From positions 91,650 through 143,333 of the IMG/VR virus record IMGVR_UViG_3300034069_002149: a stretch of 51,684 nt of DNA. One strand, 5' to 3'. The position numbers and the translations under genes were made by a program. The stretch comes from a virus. Below are positions 18,415-27,760 of this stretch, piece by piece. Each line of letters starts with the position of its first letter. The first letter of the stretch is position 1. The notes under the pieces are model-generated. The model worked only from the letters and a program-made list of their open reading frames with translations, did no database searches and was not told the origin of the DNA.

Positions 18415-19209
18415 ATGGCTTCTGATTTGATACTCGAAAACCGTCCGCTTGTCACTCGTGAGCAAGCGATAGCCTCCGGATCAAAGAGGTACTTCACAGG
18501 CGAAGCATGCTCTCGTGGGCATATAGCAGAGCGCAATGTAAGCTCTCATGCATGTCTCGAATGCTCGAAGGAAAACGCCGCCAAGTGGCGGGATGCAGAT
18601 CCTGAGCGGGCCAAGGCAACGTGGTCCAAAAGCGAAGAAGTTAATCGGGAAAAGCGGGTAGAGAAGAAGCGGCAGAGCCGAGTGGTTCTGTGTCAGCACT
18701 GCCAGACGCCTATTCCTGCTCCTACTCTGAAGCCTGGAGCCGTTCGCGCATCCCGGCAAAGGTACTGTTCAGATCGCTGCAAGCTCTACAGTAAGGTGGA
18801 TAAGACGCCGGGACACGGGCCAAAGGGAGATTGCTGGGTCTTTACCGGAGCCAAACACGTTGCTGGGTATGGGATGATCAACCGGTCTGGGAGTAAGGCC
18901 AGTGATATAACTACTTCTCATGCCTACTCGTGGGAGGTGGAAAATGGGCCGGTTCCAGAGGGTGAATTTGTTTTGCACAAATGCGACTTCCCTCCATGTG
19001 TCAGGCCAGATCATCTTTTCCTCGGCAATCACCAAGACAACATGGATGATATGAACGCTAAAGGGAGGTGGTCTTTCCCACTCCCCCTTTCTGAGATCCG
19101 TGAAATAAAGACTTCGTCCAAGACCAATGCCGAGTTGGCTGTCATGTATGGGTGCGGAGAACTTACCATCTGGCGCATTCGCACAGGCAGAACCCACAAA
19201 GACGTCTAG
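18415..19209 (+). CDS. Free-standing HNH homing endonuclease with N-terminal zinc fingers and C-terminal HTH
   Basis: YFTGEACSRGH...CLEC, CQHC...YCSDRC, CWVFTG...GYG...VLHKCDFPPCVRPDHLFLGNHQDNMDDM; lower GC. Confidence 0.92.
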   Translation: MASDLILENRPLVTREQAIASGSKRYFTGEACSRGHIAERNVSSHACLECSKENAAKWRDADPERAKATWSKSEEVNREKRVEKKRQSRVVLCQHCQTPIPAPTLKPGAVRASRQRYCSDRCKLYSKVDKTPGHGPKGDCWVFTGAKHVAGYGMINRSGSKASDITTSHAYSWEVENGPVPEGEFVLHKCDFPPCVRPDHLFLGNHQDNMDDMNAKGRWSFPLPLSEIREIKTSSKTNAELAVMYGCGELTIWRIRTGRTHKDV

Positions 19210-19234
19210 CGGAGATCTATGATCTTCTGAAGAC

Positions 19235-19265
19235 AGAAAAGCCGCCTTCTGGCGGCTTTTCTTTT
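19235..19265 (+). terminator. Intrinsic terminator after the HNH gene (possibly bidirectional)
   Basis: AGAAAAGCCGCC-TTCT-GGCGGCTTTTCT followed by TTT. Confidence 0.8.
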
Positions 19266-19289
19266 GCCTGAACACCTACACCCCACCTG

Positions 19290-19324
19290 ACCCGCCTTAG
19301 CGCAAGCTAGGCGGGTTTTTCTTT
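19290..19324 (+). terminator. Second terminator-like hairpin immediately upstream of the tail tube RBS
   Basis: ACCCGCCT...AGGCGGGT followed by TTTTCTTT. Confidence 0.65.
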
Positions 19325-19340
19325 GAGAGGAATCAACCGG

Positions 19341-19772
19341 ATGGCGACTTCAGCCTTCAACGCGCAAGGAACCATTATAGCCAGAGAGGGTACCACTCCC
19401 GGCACATACACCTCTCTTGCTGAAATCCGCTCGTTCAGCGGCCCAGGCGGTTCCGCAGCCATCATTGATGCAACGACTCTCCTTAGCACGGGTAAGGAGA
19501 AAGTCATGGGCCTTATGGACGAAGGCCAATTGACGCTAGAAGCAAATTTCGTGCCAGGGGATAGTGGTCAGCAGGCTTTGCTCGCAGACCGTGCAGCGCA
19601 GCTTAAGAAGAACTTTCGCATCACGTTCTCTGACGCGAACAATGCGACAGCCACCTTTTCCGCTTACGTCATGGGGTTCACGGTCGGCGGTGGTGTTGAT
19701 GCCCTTACAACTGCAACAGTTACACTTGAAATTACCGGTGCGGTTGTGTGGAACTTTACTGGAACGCCTTAA
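19341..19772 (+). CDS. Major tail (tube) protein, lambda gpV-like
   Basis: AQGT...EIRSFSGPGGSAAIIDATTL.S..KEK.MGL.DEGQL.L..NF; GAGAGG RBS before ATG 19341. Confidence 0.92.
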   Translation: MATSAFNAQGTIIAREGTTPGTYTSLAEIRSFSGPGGSAAIIDATTLLSTGKEKVMGLMDEGQLTLEANFVPGDSGQQALLADRAAQLKKNFRITFSDANNATATFSAYVMGFTVGGGVDALTTATVTLEITGAVVWNFTGTP

Positions 19773-19815
19773 AGTTGCGTCGAAGAAAATACCCATCTTC
19801 CAACTCGGACAGACG

Positions 19816-19843
19816 AGGGCGGTTCCTCGGAGCCGCCCTTTTC
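19816..19843 (+). terminator. Intrinsic terminator after the tail tube gene
   Basis: AGGGCGGTTCC / GGAGCCGCCCT stem followed by TTT. Confidence 0.75.
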
Positions 19844-19861
19844 TATTGCGCGGTGTGAACC

Positions 19862-20074
19862 ATGAACGATCCGCTGATGCAGTTCTTCAGCTATGCCCAC
19901 CTGCCGCCGTACCTCCAGGGCATCAGCCAGCGTTTCAATGAGCTTGCGCAGGAAATGGTCGATACGCTGCCGCAGAACGCGGAGCGGACGGTCGGCCTGC
20001 GCAAGCTTCTTGAGGCTAAGGACTGCATGGTCAGGGCGCGGCTCTACATCGACCCACGCGCGGGTGATAAGTGA
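19862..20074 (+). CDS. Conserved small helical phage protein (candidate Acb2/Tad1-like hairpin)
   Basis: FFSYAHLP..LQ..S..F..LA......LP...ER..GLRKLLEAKDC.VRA. Confidence 0.55.
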   Translation: MNDPLMQFFSYAHLPPYLQGISQRFNELAQEMVDTLPQNAERTVGLRKLLEAKDCMVRARLYIDPRAGDK

Positions 20075-20472
20075 TGTCGAGGTTCCTGATCGGCCAGCGG
20101 GTCACCGTCATCCACGGTGACCCCAGCGGCCCCGGCACGGTTCACGATGTCTACGGCGGTCCCGTGGACTTCAACTACCGCGTCCTGATGGACCAGCGCG
20201 GGGAAGACGGCAACCGGACCATGGCGATGACGGATGAGTCTGCCATGGTTGCCGGTGATCCGATCCTGCCCTACCAACTCAATCAGCCGGTCCAGTTTTT
20301 TGGCCGTGCCGCCATCGTTACAGACATTATCCCGCCGACCGACGATGAAGACCCTCGGGATGCCATCCTGGAGGTCACGTGCGATGAGGACCCGCCTGAA
20401 TGCTTCAGCGGTGTCCGTCACAATTACGTGTTCGTCGTCCCGGCCTGGAAACTCTACGCCTACGCGCGCTGA
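20074..20472 (+). CDS. Hypothetical protein (possibly two SH3-like barrels)
   Basis: TGATG coupling; FLIGQRV / YQLNQPV duplicated starts. Confidence 0.6.
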   Translation: MSRFLIGQRVTVIHGDPSGPGTVHDVYGGPVDFNYRVLMDQRGEDGNRTMAMTDESAMVAGDPILPYQLNQPVQFFGRAAIVTDIIPPTDDEDPRDAILEVTCDEDPPECFSGVRHNYVFVVPAWKLYAYAR

Positions 20473-20475
20473 GGC

Positions 20476-20682
20476 ATGACCATGACTCCGACCAAATGGC
20501 TCTCGGAAGTGGGCTACCCGGAACTCTGGGAGGCCATAGACGAGGCTTTGCTGGCGACCGCCGCACAGCATACAGAAGCCGGTCTTCTGGCTGAGCAGTG
20601 GGTCAAGATGCCGAAGCGCGTGCGCGCAAATCTCCATGGTCAGCTTCGGTGCGCTCTCCGCCGCCGCATGTCTGCCCGCTGA
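20476..20682 (+). CDS. Hypothetical protein
   Basis: GAGG RBS; fills the gap. Confidence 0.5.
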   Translation: MTMTPTKWLSEVGYPELWEAIDEALLATAAQHTEAGLLAEQWVKMPKRVRANLHGQLRCALRRRMSAR

Positions 20683-20703
20683 TCCAACCCGAAGAGATTT
20701 CCC

Positions 20704-21054
20704 TTGGCAGATAAAGCAGAAAACCCGATCCGTGGCACCACTCCGATTGAGATCGGCGGGGTTACCTACGTCATGCGCCTCAACTGGCACGGCATTGCCC
20801 AGATCCGGGAGATGTGGCCGGATGGCTACGACCTGATGGACGTCAAGACGCTGGCGACCATCATCTCCCTGGCCCTGCCCAAGAATGAGGAGATGACGCC
20901 GGAGCGCATCATGGAAGAGGCTCCCGCGATTGAGCCGACCATCGAGAAGGTCAGCGATATGATCAACTACTCCTGGTTTGGCTCCAAGATCGAACCTCCC
21001 AAGCCGGAGGTGCAAGAGGAAAACCCTCCGAAAAAGGCGGCGACAAAGGGATAG
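20704..21054 (+). CDS. Tail assembly chaperone G
   Basis: NPIRGTTPIEIGGVTYVMRLNW; position between tube and TMP; ends EENPPKK. Confidence 0.8.
   Translation: MADKAENPIRGTTPIEIGGVTYVMRLNWHGIAQIREMWPDGYDLMDVKTLATIISLALPKNEEMTPERIMEEAPAIEPTIEKVSDMINYSWFGSKIEPPKPEVQEENPPKKAATKG
21018..21051 (+). other. Candidate -1 programmed frameshift sites (G GAA AAC, G AAA AAG, A AAG GGA)
   Basis: Three slippery-type heptamers in the last 11 codons of G; -1 frame has no stop before T. Confidence 0.6.
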
Positions 21055-21056
21055 GC

Positions 21057-21443
21057 TTGATCTTCAAGACCGCGTATCGGGCGGGCATCAAGCCTGCTGA
21101 GTTCTGGGACCAGACGCCCTACGAGACGCGGCTTTGCGTCGAAGCCTACAACGATATCCGGCTCGATGAAGAAGAGCGCTTTATGCATACCGCCTGGCAT
21201 ATCGGCTACTTCACGCGCGTCAAGGACATGCCCCGCCTGTCTGAAATGCTGGCTCCGTACCGCAACCGGTCGGCGCTCAAGTCGGATGTCAAGAAGAACG
21301 ATGTTCCGGCAGCACCATCGCCGGGAAGAGATCCGGACCTGAGCCGGAACCTCATGAACGCGCTGCTCCAGTTCCCCGCTGGACAAGTTCCCGGTGAGCG
21401 CGTCGGGAAGAACGCCAAACCGCCAGAGGCTCCGCCCGCATGA
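21057..21443 (+). CDS. Tail assembly chaperone T (probably expressed as a G-T -1 frameshift fusion)
   Basis: GIKPAEFWDQTPYE motif; lies in the -1 frame, which is open back through the end of G; weak own start (TTG). Confidence 0.8.
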   Translation: MIFKTAYRAGIKPAEFWDQTPYETRLCVEAYNDIRLDEEERFMHTAWHIGYFTRVKDMPRLSEMLAPYRNRSALKSDVKKNDVPAAPSPGRDPDLSRNLMNALLQFPAGQVPGERVGKNAKPPEAPPA

Positions 21444-24400
21444 CCGAGAGAGACGCCCACCTTCAGCTTCTGGTCGATGGCTCGAAAGCTCTTTCGGGTA
21501 TCAAGGCCATGGAAGCGGCCCTGGAAAAGCTCGCCGCCAAGGCGGACGCTACCCAGGCAGCCCTCGATAAGGTGGGCGCGAAGCGCGGCATTGCGGCTCC
21601 CCGCACCACTTCCCAGTCCACGGCGTCGTCCTCTGCGTCTCCCCAGATCAGGGCGGAGCAGGAGATCACGTCGGCGCGGGCACGCGGCGCTGCCACGTCC
21701 TTCAAGATAGACCAGGACTTCGCCAGCAAGCGGATCTCGCTGTCCCGTGCCGTCGCCAAGGCGGAACAGGCGGCGCTCCAGCAGACCATGGACTTCCGTC
21801 AGCGCATGATGGACCAGCAGGCGCGGCAGGAGGCATCCCGAAAAGGCGCGTCTGCCGGTAAGGTCGTGCTGGGAGACCCGTCCACGGCCTCGCCGCAGCA
21901 GACCATGGCGTTCCAGTCCCGCATGCAGTCTCAGAAGGCCAGCACGACGGACAGGTCCTCCGAGCGGATGGATCGTATCCGTGCCATGGCAGAGGCGGAG
22001 AACGCACGCAGAGATCAGCAGGCTTCCGACGCTATGCGCCGGGAAGCGGAGGCGGAAAACCGCGCCCGTACCGCAGCGGCGCGTCAGAGCACCCGGATTA
22101 GATCGGCAGCGGAAGCCGAGAATATTCAGCGGGATCAGCGCGCCTACGACAATATGCGCCGGGAGGCGGAGAACGAGAACGCACGGCGTAATCGGGAGCT
22201 TCGCCAGTACAGCAGCATGCGTGCCCAGGCCGAGGCGGAAAACCTGCGTCGGGATCAGCAGTCCGCCAACCGGATGCGCCGGGAGGCGGAAGAAGAGAAT
22301 ACCCGCCGTACCCGTGAGATGCGCCGCTACAGCGCCATGCGAGCGCAGGCGGAAGCGGAGAACGCCCGATTTGACCGGCAGGCCATGGCGGCAACTCGCG
22401 CCCAGGCGGAAGCGGATAACCGCGCCTTTAACCGTCAGGCACGGCAGGCACAGGCAGCGACGGCGCGGCAGGATCAGAGCCGTCGCGCCCAGATGCCGTC
22501 CTCAAGCTCCCCGATGTTCGTCGGCCCGATGCCGGAGACGCGCAGTCAGGCGACCAATCGTCAGGCCAGAGGCAAGGAGGCGACCTATGACGCTTCCGCA
22601 GCCATCGAACAGTCGATGAAGAAGCTGTCCACTCTGGCTATGCCGAAGTTTGACACCAGCACCGCTGTCAAGCACGCGGAGAAGCTGTCTGAAGCCTTCG
22701 CCAAGGTCGGCTCGTCCGTGATGAGCATGAACGGCGCAATTGGTGCTATCGGCGTTGTGGCTATCGGCCAGAGCATTGCCCGCGCCGGTATGGCGATGGA
22801 AAACCTCCAGAAGGGATTTGAAGTTTCTACCGGCTCTGCCGCACAGGGTAAGGTCGAAATGGAACGTCTCAGATCAGAGACGGATCGCCTTGGCGTCGAT
22901 CTCCAGCACACCGGCAAGGAATACATCAACTTCACGGCGGCGATCAAAGGCGGCAACGTCGATGCCGAGAAGGCCAAGGACAGCTTCTTCGCGGTTGCAC
23001 AGGCCATGTCCTTGCTGGGAAGAAGTCCCGAGCAGGCCGGACGAGCCTTTAAAGCTTTAGAACAATTTGCCTCAAAAGGGCAAATTATGAGTGAAGAACT
23101 TAAGGGCCAGCTCGCGGAGCAGTTGCCGGGCGCATTCGCAATCGCGGCAAAGTCGTTGGGCATGAGTGCAGAAGAACTCGGACAGGCGATGGCGAATGGC
23201 GCTCTGAGCGCCAACCAGTTGTTTTCCGTCTTTGGGGATGCCGTCCGGGGTGACTTCGCGGTTGCCGGGGACAAGGTGGACACCGCCAGCGCCGCCTTCA
23301 CGCGCTTCAACAACGCCCTGTTCGAGATCAAGGCGACCATTGCCAACGGCGGCTTCCTTAAGGCTCTGGCGGACGGTGCCAACGAGCTTTCCAACTTCCT
23401 TAAAAGCGACTCCGGAAAGCAGACCGCAGATCAGATCGGCAGCATGATGAAGTCTGCCGTGGATACCTTGATCGGCGGGTTGAAGATCGTCATCGAAAAC
23501 GTCGGCATGGTCAAGGCCGCGCTGGTCGGTCTGATGGGCATCGGACTTCTAAAATGGATCGTCGGTGTTGCCGCCGCGTTCGGCCAACTGGCTGTGCAGT
23601 TGTCTCTGCTGTCACGCTTCATGATGGCGAACCCGATTTTTGCCATTGCGACTATCGCGCTGGCCGGTGCCGCCGCCATCTACACCATGAGCAAGTCTGT
23701 TTCCACGGCCACCAAGGAACAGATCAAGCATAACATCGCATTGAAGGAACTGAAGAGCCTTCAGGACAAGCTCAAGGCTACGCCAACCGGCAGCAAAGAG
23801 AGAGTTGCCGAGATCCGCTCTGAAATCAGCGCCATCCGGGACGCTGCCAAGGAAGAGCGCGTTCGTGCGGAAAGCCGGATCAAGCAGCTAAGGGAACTGC
23901 GGAAATACGAAGAGGATCAGTCCAAGCAGATCCAGGCGGGCGGTCCCCTTCCCGGCGTCGGTACCCAGGAAACCTTCAACCGGACCACGGCGGGCACCGA
24001 GAAGCTTGAGCAGGACGCTCGCAATGCCAGGGTTCGGGAGATGGCGGCGCAGCGCGCCCTGATGGCGAACCAGACCGGCTTTTCCGGCAGAATGTCAAAT
24101 GCCGGGACTGCCGGGGGCATAAACGACACCCCACTGGCAGACAACCTCCGCAAGGCGCTGGCTGAAGTCGAGCGGCTGATCTCTGAACAGGACAAGCTGG
24201 CGAGCGCCTTTGACAAGAGCGCCGCCGCTGCTGCCGAGATCAAGTCCGAACTGGAGATGGCCTCCAAGATCAAGGAGTTCGACGGCAAGGTTAGCGCTGA
24301 GGGGCTGGAGCAACTCAAGGCCAAGTACCAGGAACTCAGGGACGCCAAGGAACAGGTTGCCGCTGGTCCCATCGTCCAGGACATGAGACAGGACATCTCC

Positions 24401-26659
24401 GACCTTGACGCTATGGCGAAGGCCCAGAACAGGGGCGTTGAGGCTGCCAATGCCGAGCGTGTGGCCCAGGAAGCCCGCAACAAGATCGTGGAGGCCGGTA
24501 TCCGCATCAGCGGCGCTGCGGCAGACGAGATCTTCCGTCTGGCCCAGGCGCACGAGCAGGCGGCTCAGTCGGAATTCATGGCCGGTCAGCGCGCCCAGGT
24601 GGATCGCAACATCCAGCGGGAGCAGCGCCTGACAGACGTGCTGGTCAACAAGAAGAACACAGAGCGCATCGCCGGACAGGGCGAGTTGGACATGGCGGAC
24701 ACCCTTGCCGGAAAGGGTATCCAGTACAACCCAGAAGACGGTCGTCCGACCAAGCAGAATGCCGAGATTAAATCGACCGTCATTGCTGGTGGTCAGGAGG
24801 CTGTTGCCAAGGTTACGGAACAGCGCAAGAGAACCAATGCGGAACTTCAGATCGAACTGGAAAGCATGAGTCGGATCGCGGCACTGGAGCGCGGGCGGTC
24901 TGAGGGAAAGGCGAGACAGGCCGGTGAATTGAGGGGGTTGATCGATCTTCGCAAGGAACTTGGCAACGTCGAGATGAAGGACCTTTCCGCAGAAGATAAA
25001 AAATTCGTCCAACTCAGAGGGCAGCAGGCGGCAGAACAGTTCAAGATCCAGCAGGGCAACCGGGTAGGTCGTTCCGGACCACAGGATATCTACGGGGAGA
25101 AGCTTCGGGAACTGTCCGAGAGCATTGCGGCTGAGAAGGACTTGGCGGCGGCGCAGAATGAGGGTGCAGCGGCGGTCGAGAACCAGACCCGCAAGCAATC
25201 GATCATGAACCAAGTTCATGCCCTGTCAGAGAAGCTGACAGCCGCCCAGAAGGCCAAGCTGGAAGGTTTGATCGGTACTCTCTACGACGCCAAGACGGCG
25301 ACCGCCTTCGAGGGTGCAAAGATGGACCTGAGAGACGAGATCAGCCAGATCGAGAAGATGACCGAGGCGGAGTTGAGCAGTGCTGAAGCCGCCAACATCG
25401 AGGCTATTGCTCAGGAAGCCAGACGGCGGGCCATTGAACTTGGTGTCGTTGGTAATGACGAGGCAATCCGTAGCCTCAACGAACTGATGGCCGCGCGTCT
25501 CAGGGCAAACCAGGAACGTGAAGTTGCCAAGGGGACGCGGGAGAACCGGGACACCATTACGGAACTCCAAGAGGAAGCTGAAGCCCTCAAGCTTGTCGGT
25601 GTTGAGCGTATCCGGCGTCTCGGAGAACTTCAGGCAGAGCAGCAGTTACGTTCTCAGGGAGCGCCGCGTGATACCAAGGGCGCTGATGCCTTCGTTGAGA
25701 GCGGCGGCAATCGCGCCATCGAGGAGTATAACCGGCAGCAGGAACTCTCCATCGGCAGCGCTGAGCGCAGCATCGTTGCAACCAACAACCAGATCGGCGC
25801 GCTGAGCCTGCTGGGTGAAGCCTATGTCCGGCGCAGCGCCGAACTCCAGATGGAAGCGGACCTGATCGAGCAGAACGGTGCTGCTACTGACGAGTACAGC
25901 CAGAAGCAGATTAAGCTGGCCGGTGACTTGGCTGTGGCCTCAGATCAGCTAAACCGCCAGAACGACGCCCTGCGCGGTCTGGCGAACTCCGGGATGACGT
26001 TCAACGAGCAGATGCGCTCCATCTCCGCTGACGGTCTGGGACACATGGAAGACGCTCTGGTGGATATCATCACCGGCACGAAAAGCGTTAAGGAAGCCTT
26101 CGCATCGATGGCGAAATCCATCGCCGCAGACCTTGCCAGGATGGCGGTGCGGCAAGCCATCACGGTGCCGCTCGCCATGGGCCTCAACTCCCTGTTCATG
26201 GGCGGCGGCATGGCGATGGGCGGTGCAGCCATGGGTGCTCCTATGGCTCTCGGCGGCGGCATCTACCACAGCGGCGGCATTGCCGGTCAGGACAGCGCGC
26301 CGATCAGGGTTGTTCCAAGCTCGACCTTCACGAGCGTGCCGCGCTTCCACAGCGGCAAGCCGGGGGTGGCGAAGGAACCCGCGCTGAAGGCAGGTGAGAT
26401 GCCCGCGATCATCAAGCGGGACGAGGGTATCTTTACCCCGGCCCAGATGGCGAGCCTCGCACCGGCTGGTAGTGGAGGCGGAGCCAATAACACGGTTGTG
26501 GTTTCACCCACCATTAACGTCACACAGCCGCAGGGAGCCACGGAAGAACAGGGTCAGAAGTTCGGCAAAGGAATTGTCCGGGAGATGCAGGCGATGGTCG
26601 ATGAGCGGATAAACCATGCCTTTCGACCGGGCGGCATTAGAAACCAGTCCGGGTATTAA
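21440..26659 (+). CDS. Tape measure protein, 1739 aa
   Basis: ALEQFASKGQIMSEELKGQLAEQLPGA tape-measure domain; hydrophobic segments; coiled coils; C-terminal HSGG...PRFHSG...GEMPAI. Confidence 0.95.
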   Translation: MTERDAHLQLLVDGSKALSGIKAMEAALEKLAAKADATQAALDKVGAKRGIAAPRTTSQSTASSSASPQIRAEQEITSARARGAATSFKIDQDFASKRISLSRAVAKAEQAALQQTMDFRQRMMDQQARQEASRKGASAGKVVLGDPSTASPQQTMAFQSRMQSQKASTTDRSSERMDRIRAMAEAENARRDQQASDAMRREAEAENRARTAAARQSTRIRSAAEAENIQRDQRAYDNMRREAENENARRNRELRQYSSMRAQAEAENLRRDQQSANRMRREAEEENTRRTREMRRYSAMRAQAEAENARFDRQAMAATRAQAEADNRAFNRQARQAQAATARQDQSRRAQMPSSSSPMFVGPMPETRSQATNRQARGKEATYDASAAIEQSMKKLSTLAMPKFDTSTAVKHAEKLSEAFAKVGSSVMSMNGAIGAIGVVAIGQSIARAGMAMENLQKGFEVSTGSAAQGKVEMERLRSETDRLGVDLQHTGKEYINFTAAIKGGNVDAEKAKDSFFAVAQAMSLLGRSPEQAGRAFKALEQFASKGQIMSEELKGQLAEQLPGAFAIAAKSLGMSAEELGQAMANGALSANQLFSVFGDAVRGDFAVAGDKVDTASAAFTRFNNALFEIKATIANGGFLKALADGANELSNFLKSDSGKQTADQIGSMMKSAVDTLIGGLKIVIENVGMVKAALVGLMGIGLLKWIVGVAAAFGQLAVQLSLLSRFMMANPIFAIATIALAGAAAIYTMSKSVSTATKEQIKHNIALKELKSLQDKLKATPTGSKERVAEIRSEISAIRDAAKEERVRAESRIKQLRELRKYEEDQSKQIQAGGPLPGVGTQETFNRTTAGTEKLEQDARNARVREMAAQRALMANQTGFSGRMSNAGTAGGINDTPLADNLRKALAEVERLISEQDKLASAFDKSAAAAAEIKSELEMASKIKEFDGKVSAEGLEQLKAKYQELRDAKEQVAAGPIVQDMRQDISDLDAMAKAQNRGVEAANAERVAQEARNKIVEAGIRISGAAADEIFRLAQAHEQAAQSEFMAGQRAQVDRNIQREQRLTDVLVNKKNTERIAGQGELDMADTLAGKGIQYNPEDGRPTKQNAEIKSTVIAGGQEAVAKVTEQRKRTNAELQIELESMSRIAALERGRSEGKARQAGELRGLIDLRKELGNVEMKDLSAEDKKFVQLRGQQAAEQFKIQQGNRVGRSGPQDIYGEKLRELSESIAAEKDLAAAQNEGAAAVENQTRKQSIMNQVHALSEKLTAAQKAKLEGLIGTLYDAKTATAFEGAKMDLRDEISQIEKMTEAELSSAEAANIEAIAQEARRRAIELGVVGNDEAIRSLNELMAARLRANQEREVAKGTRENRDTITELQEEAEALKLVGVERIRRLGELQAEQQLRSQGAPRDTKGADAFVESGGNRAIEEYNRQQELSIGSAERSIVATNNQIGALSLLGEAYVRRSAELQMEADLIEQNGAATDEYSQKQIKLAGDLAVASDQLNRQNDALRGLANSGMTFNEQMRSISADGLGHMEDALVDIITGTKSVKEAFASMAKSIAADLARMAVRQAITVPLAMGLNSLFMGGGMAMGGAAMGAPMALGGGIYHSGGIAGQDSAPIRVVPSSTFTSVPRFHSGKPGVAKEPALKAGEMPAIIKRDEGIFTPAQMASLAPAGSGGGANNTVVVSPTINVTQPQGATEEQGQKFGKGIVREMQAMVDERINHAFRPGGIRNQSGY
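21965..22447 (+). repeat. Eight MRxxAEAEN units (alternating ~18 and ~22 aa, ~40-aa period) in the TMP N-terminus
   Basis: Visible in the protein and in DNA (e.g. ATGCGCCGGGAGGCGGA recurs). Confidence 0.85.
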
Positions 26660-26662
26660 ATC

Positions 26663-27016
26663 ATGGCACTTACCTTCAGTGTCGGGGAAATCTCCTACGC
26701 TCCGACCCAGACCCGTGAACCGCGCATCACGGAAATCCGGTTCGATGACAACGGCTACAGCCTGCGCATGAAGCGCGGCATGAACGCCGACCTTCAGACC
26801 TGGGAGATCCCGATCAACGTCATCACGATTGCCAACGCCAATGCCGTGGAAGCCTTTCTTGCCCTGCACGGCGGCGTCGATTGGTTTTTCTGGACGCCAC
26901 CAAGACACACTTCGCCAAGAAAATTCATCTGCAAACGATGGACCCGTGAAGCCATCAGCCGGACCCACGACAGGATGAGCCTGAGCTTTCAGGAAGTCGT
27001 GGACATTGTCGGCTAA
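26663..27016 (+). CDS. Distal tail protein, lambda gpM-like
   Basis: F.D.GYS.R...G.N...W...FL..HGG..WFFWTPP. Confidence 0.9.
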   Translation: MALTFSVGEISYAPTQTREPRITEIRFDDNGYSLRMKRGMNADLQTWEIPINVITIANANAVEAFLALHGGVDWFFWTPPRHTSPRKFICKRWTREAISRTHDRMSLSFQEVVDIVG

Positions 27017-27044
27017 CCCGCAAAACGTTCGGATACTTTAAAAC

Positions 27045-27749
27045 ATGCCAGCACCAATCGGTCGTTCCCAGCAACTCACTCCCGGAACCCTGATCGATCT
27101 CTTCGACATCAACATGACGGAGATCGGCGGCGGCGTGTATCACTTCACGCCCGGTGTTCTGGGAGGCAAGAAGCCTATCTGGAGAGGCGTCACCTACGAG
27201 CCACTTCCCATCACGGCCACAGGCTTCGAAAAGAACGGACGCGGCGAGCAGCCCACTCCAAGCCTGTCCATGCCCGCTACCCAGCTTATCATCGCCAGCA
27301 TCATCGCCCTGGACGACCTGCGCCGCGCCAAGGTGACCCGCTGGCAGGTCTACGAGGATAACCTGGACAACGGCACCAACCCGTACGACGCTTACTTCCC
27401 TCCTGAAATCTACATGGTCCAACAGAAGACCCGGCATAACACCCAGACCGGTATCATCGAGTGGGAGTTGAGCACGGGGCTGGACCTCTGGGGCGATCAG
27501 GTGCCGCGCAGACCTGCGACACAAAAAGTATGCATGTGGCGCTACAGGATATGGAACGGAGGAGCATTTGATTACACTCGTGCAACTTGCCCATACGCCG
27601 GGAACAGCTACTACAACGAGGATGGGGTTAGGGTCGCCAATCCAAACCAGGACAAATGTGGGAAATCCCTCGATGATTGTATCCTCCGGTTTGGACAGTA
27701 CAATCCTCTCCCCATAGGTGCGTTTCCTGGAATTGGGAGTAGTAGATAG
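27045..27749 (+). CDS. Tail tip protein, lambda gpL-like
   Basis: IDLFDI...YHF...W.G..Y.P.PI...GFE; C-terminal Cys set C.W.Y..C.Y.G..D.C.K...C; GAFPG. Confidence 0.92.
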   Translation: MPAPIGRSQQLTPGTLIDLFDINMTEIGGGVYHFTPGVLGGKKPIWRGVTYEPLPITATGFEKNGRGEQPTPSLSMPATQLIIASIIALDDLRRAKVTRWQVYEDNLDNGTNPYDAYFPPEIYMVQQKTRHNTQTGIIEWELSTGLDLWGDQVPRRPATQKVCMWRYRIWNGGAFDYTRATCPYAGNSYYNEDGVRVANPNQDKCGKSLDDCILRFGQYNPLPIGAFPGIGSSR

Positions 27750-27760
27750 CTTTGTTTCAT

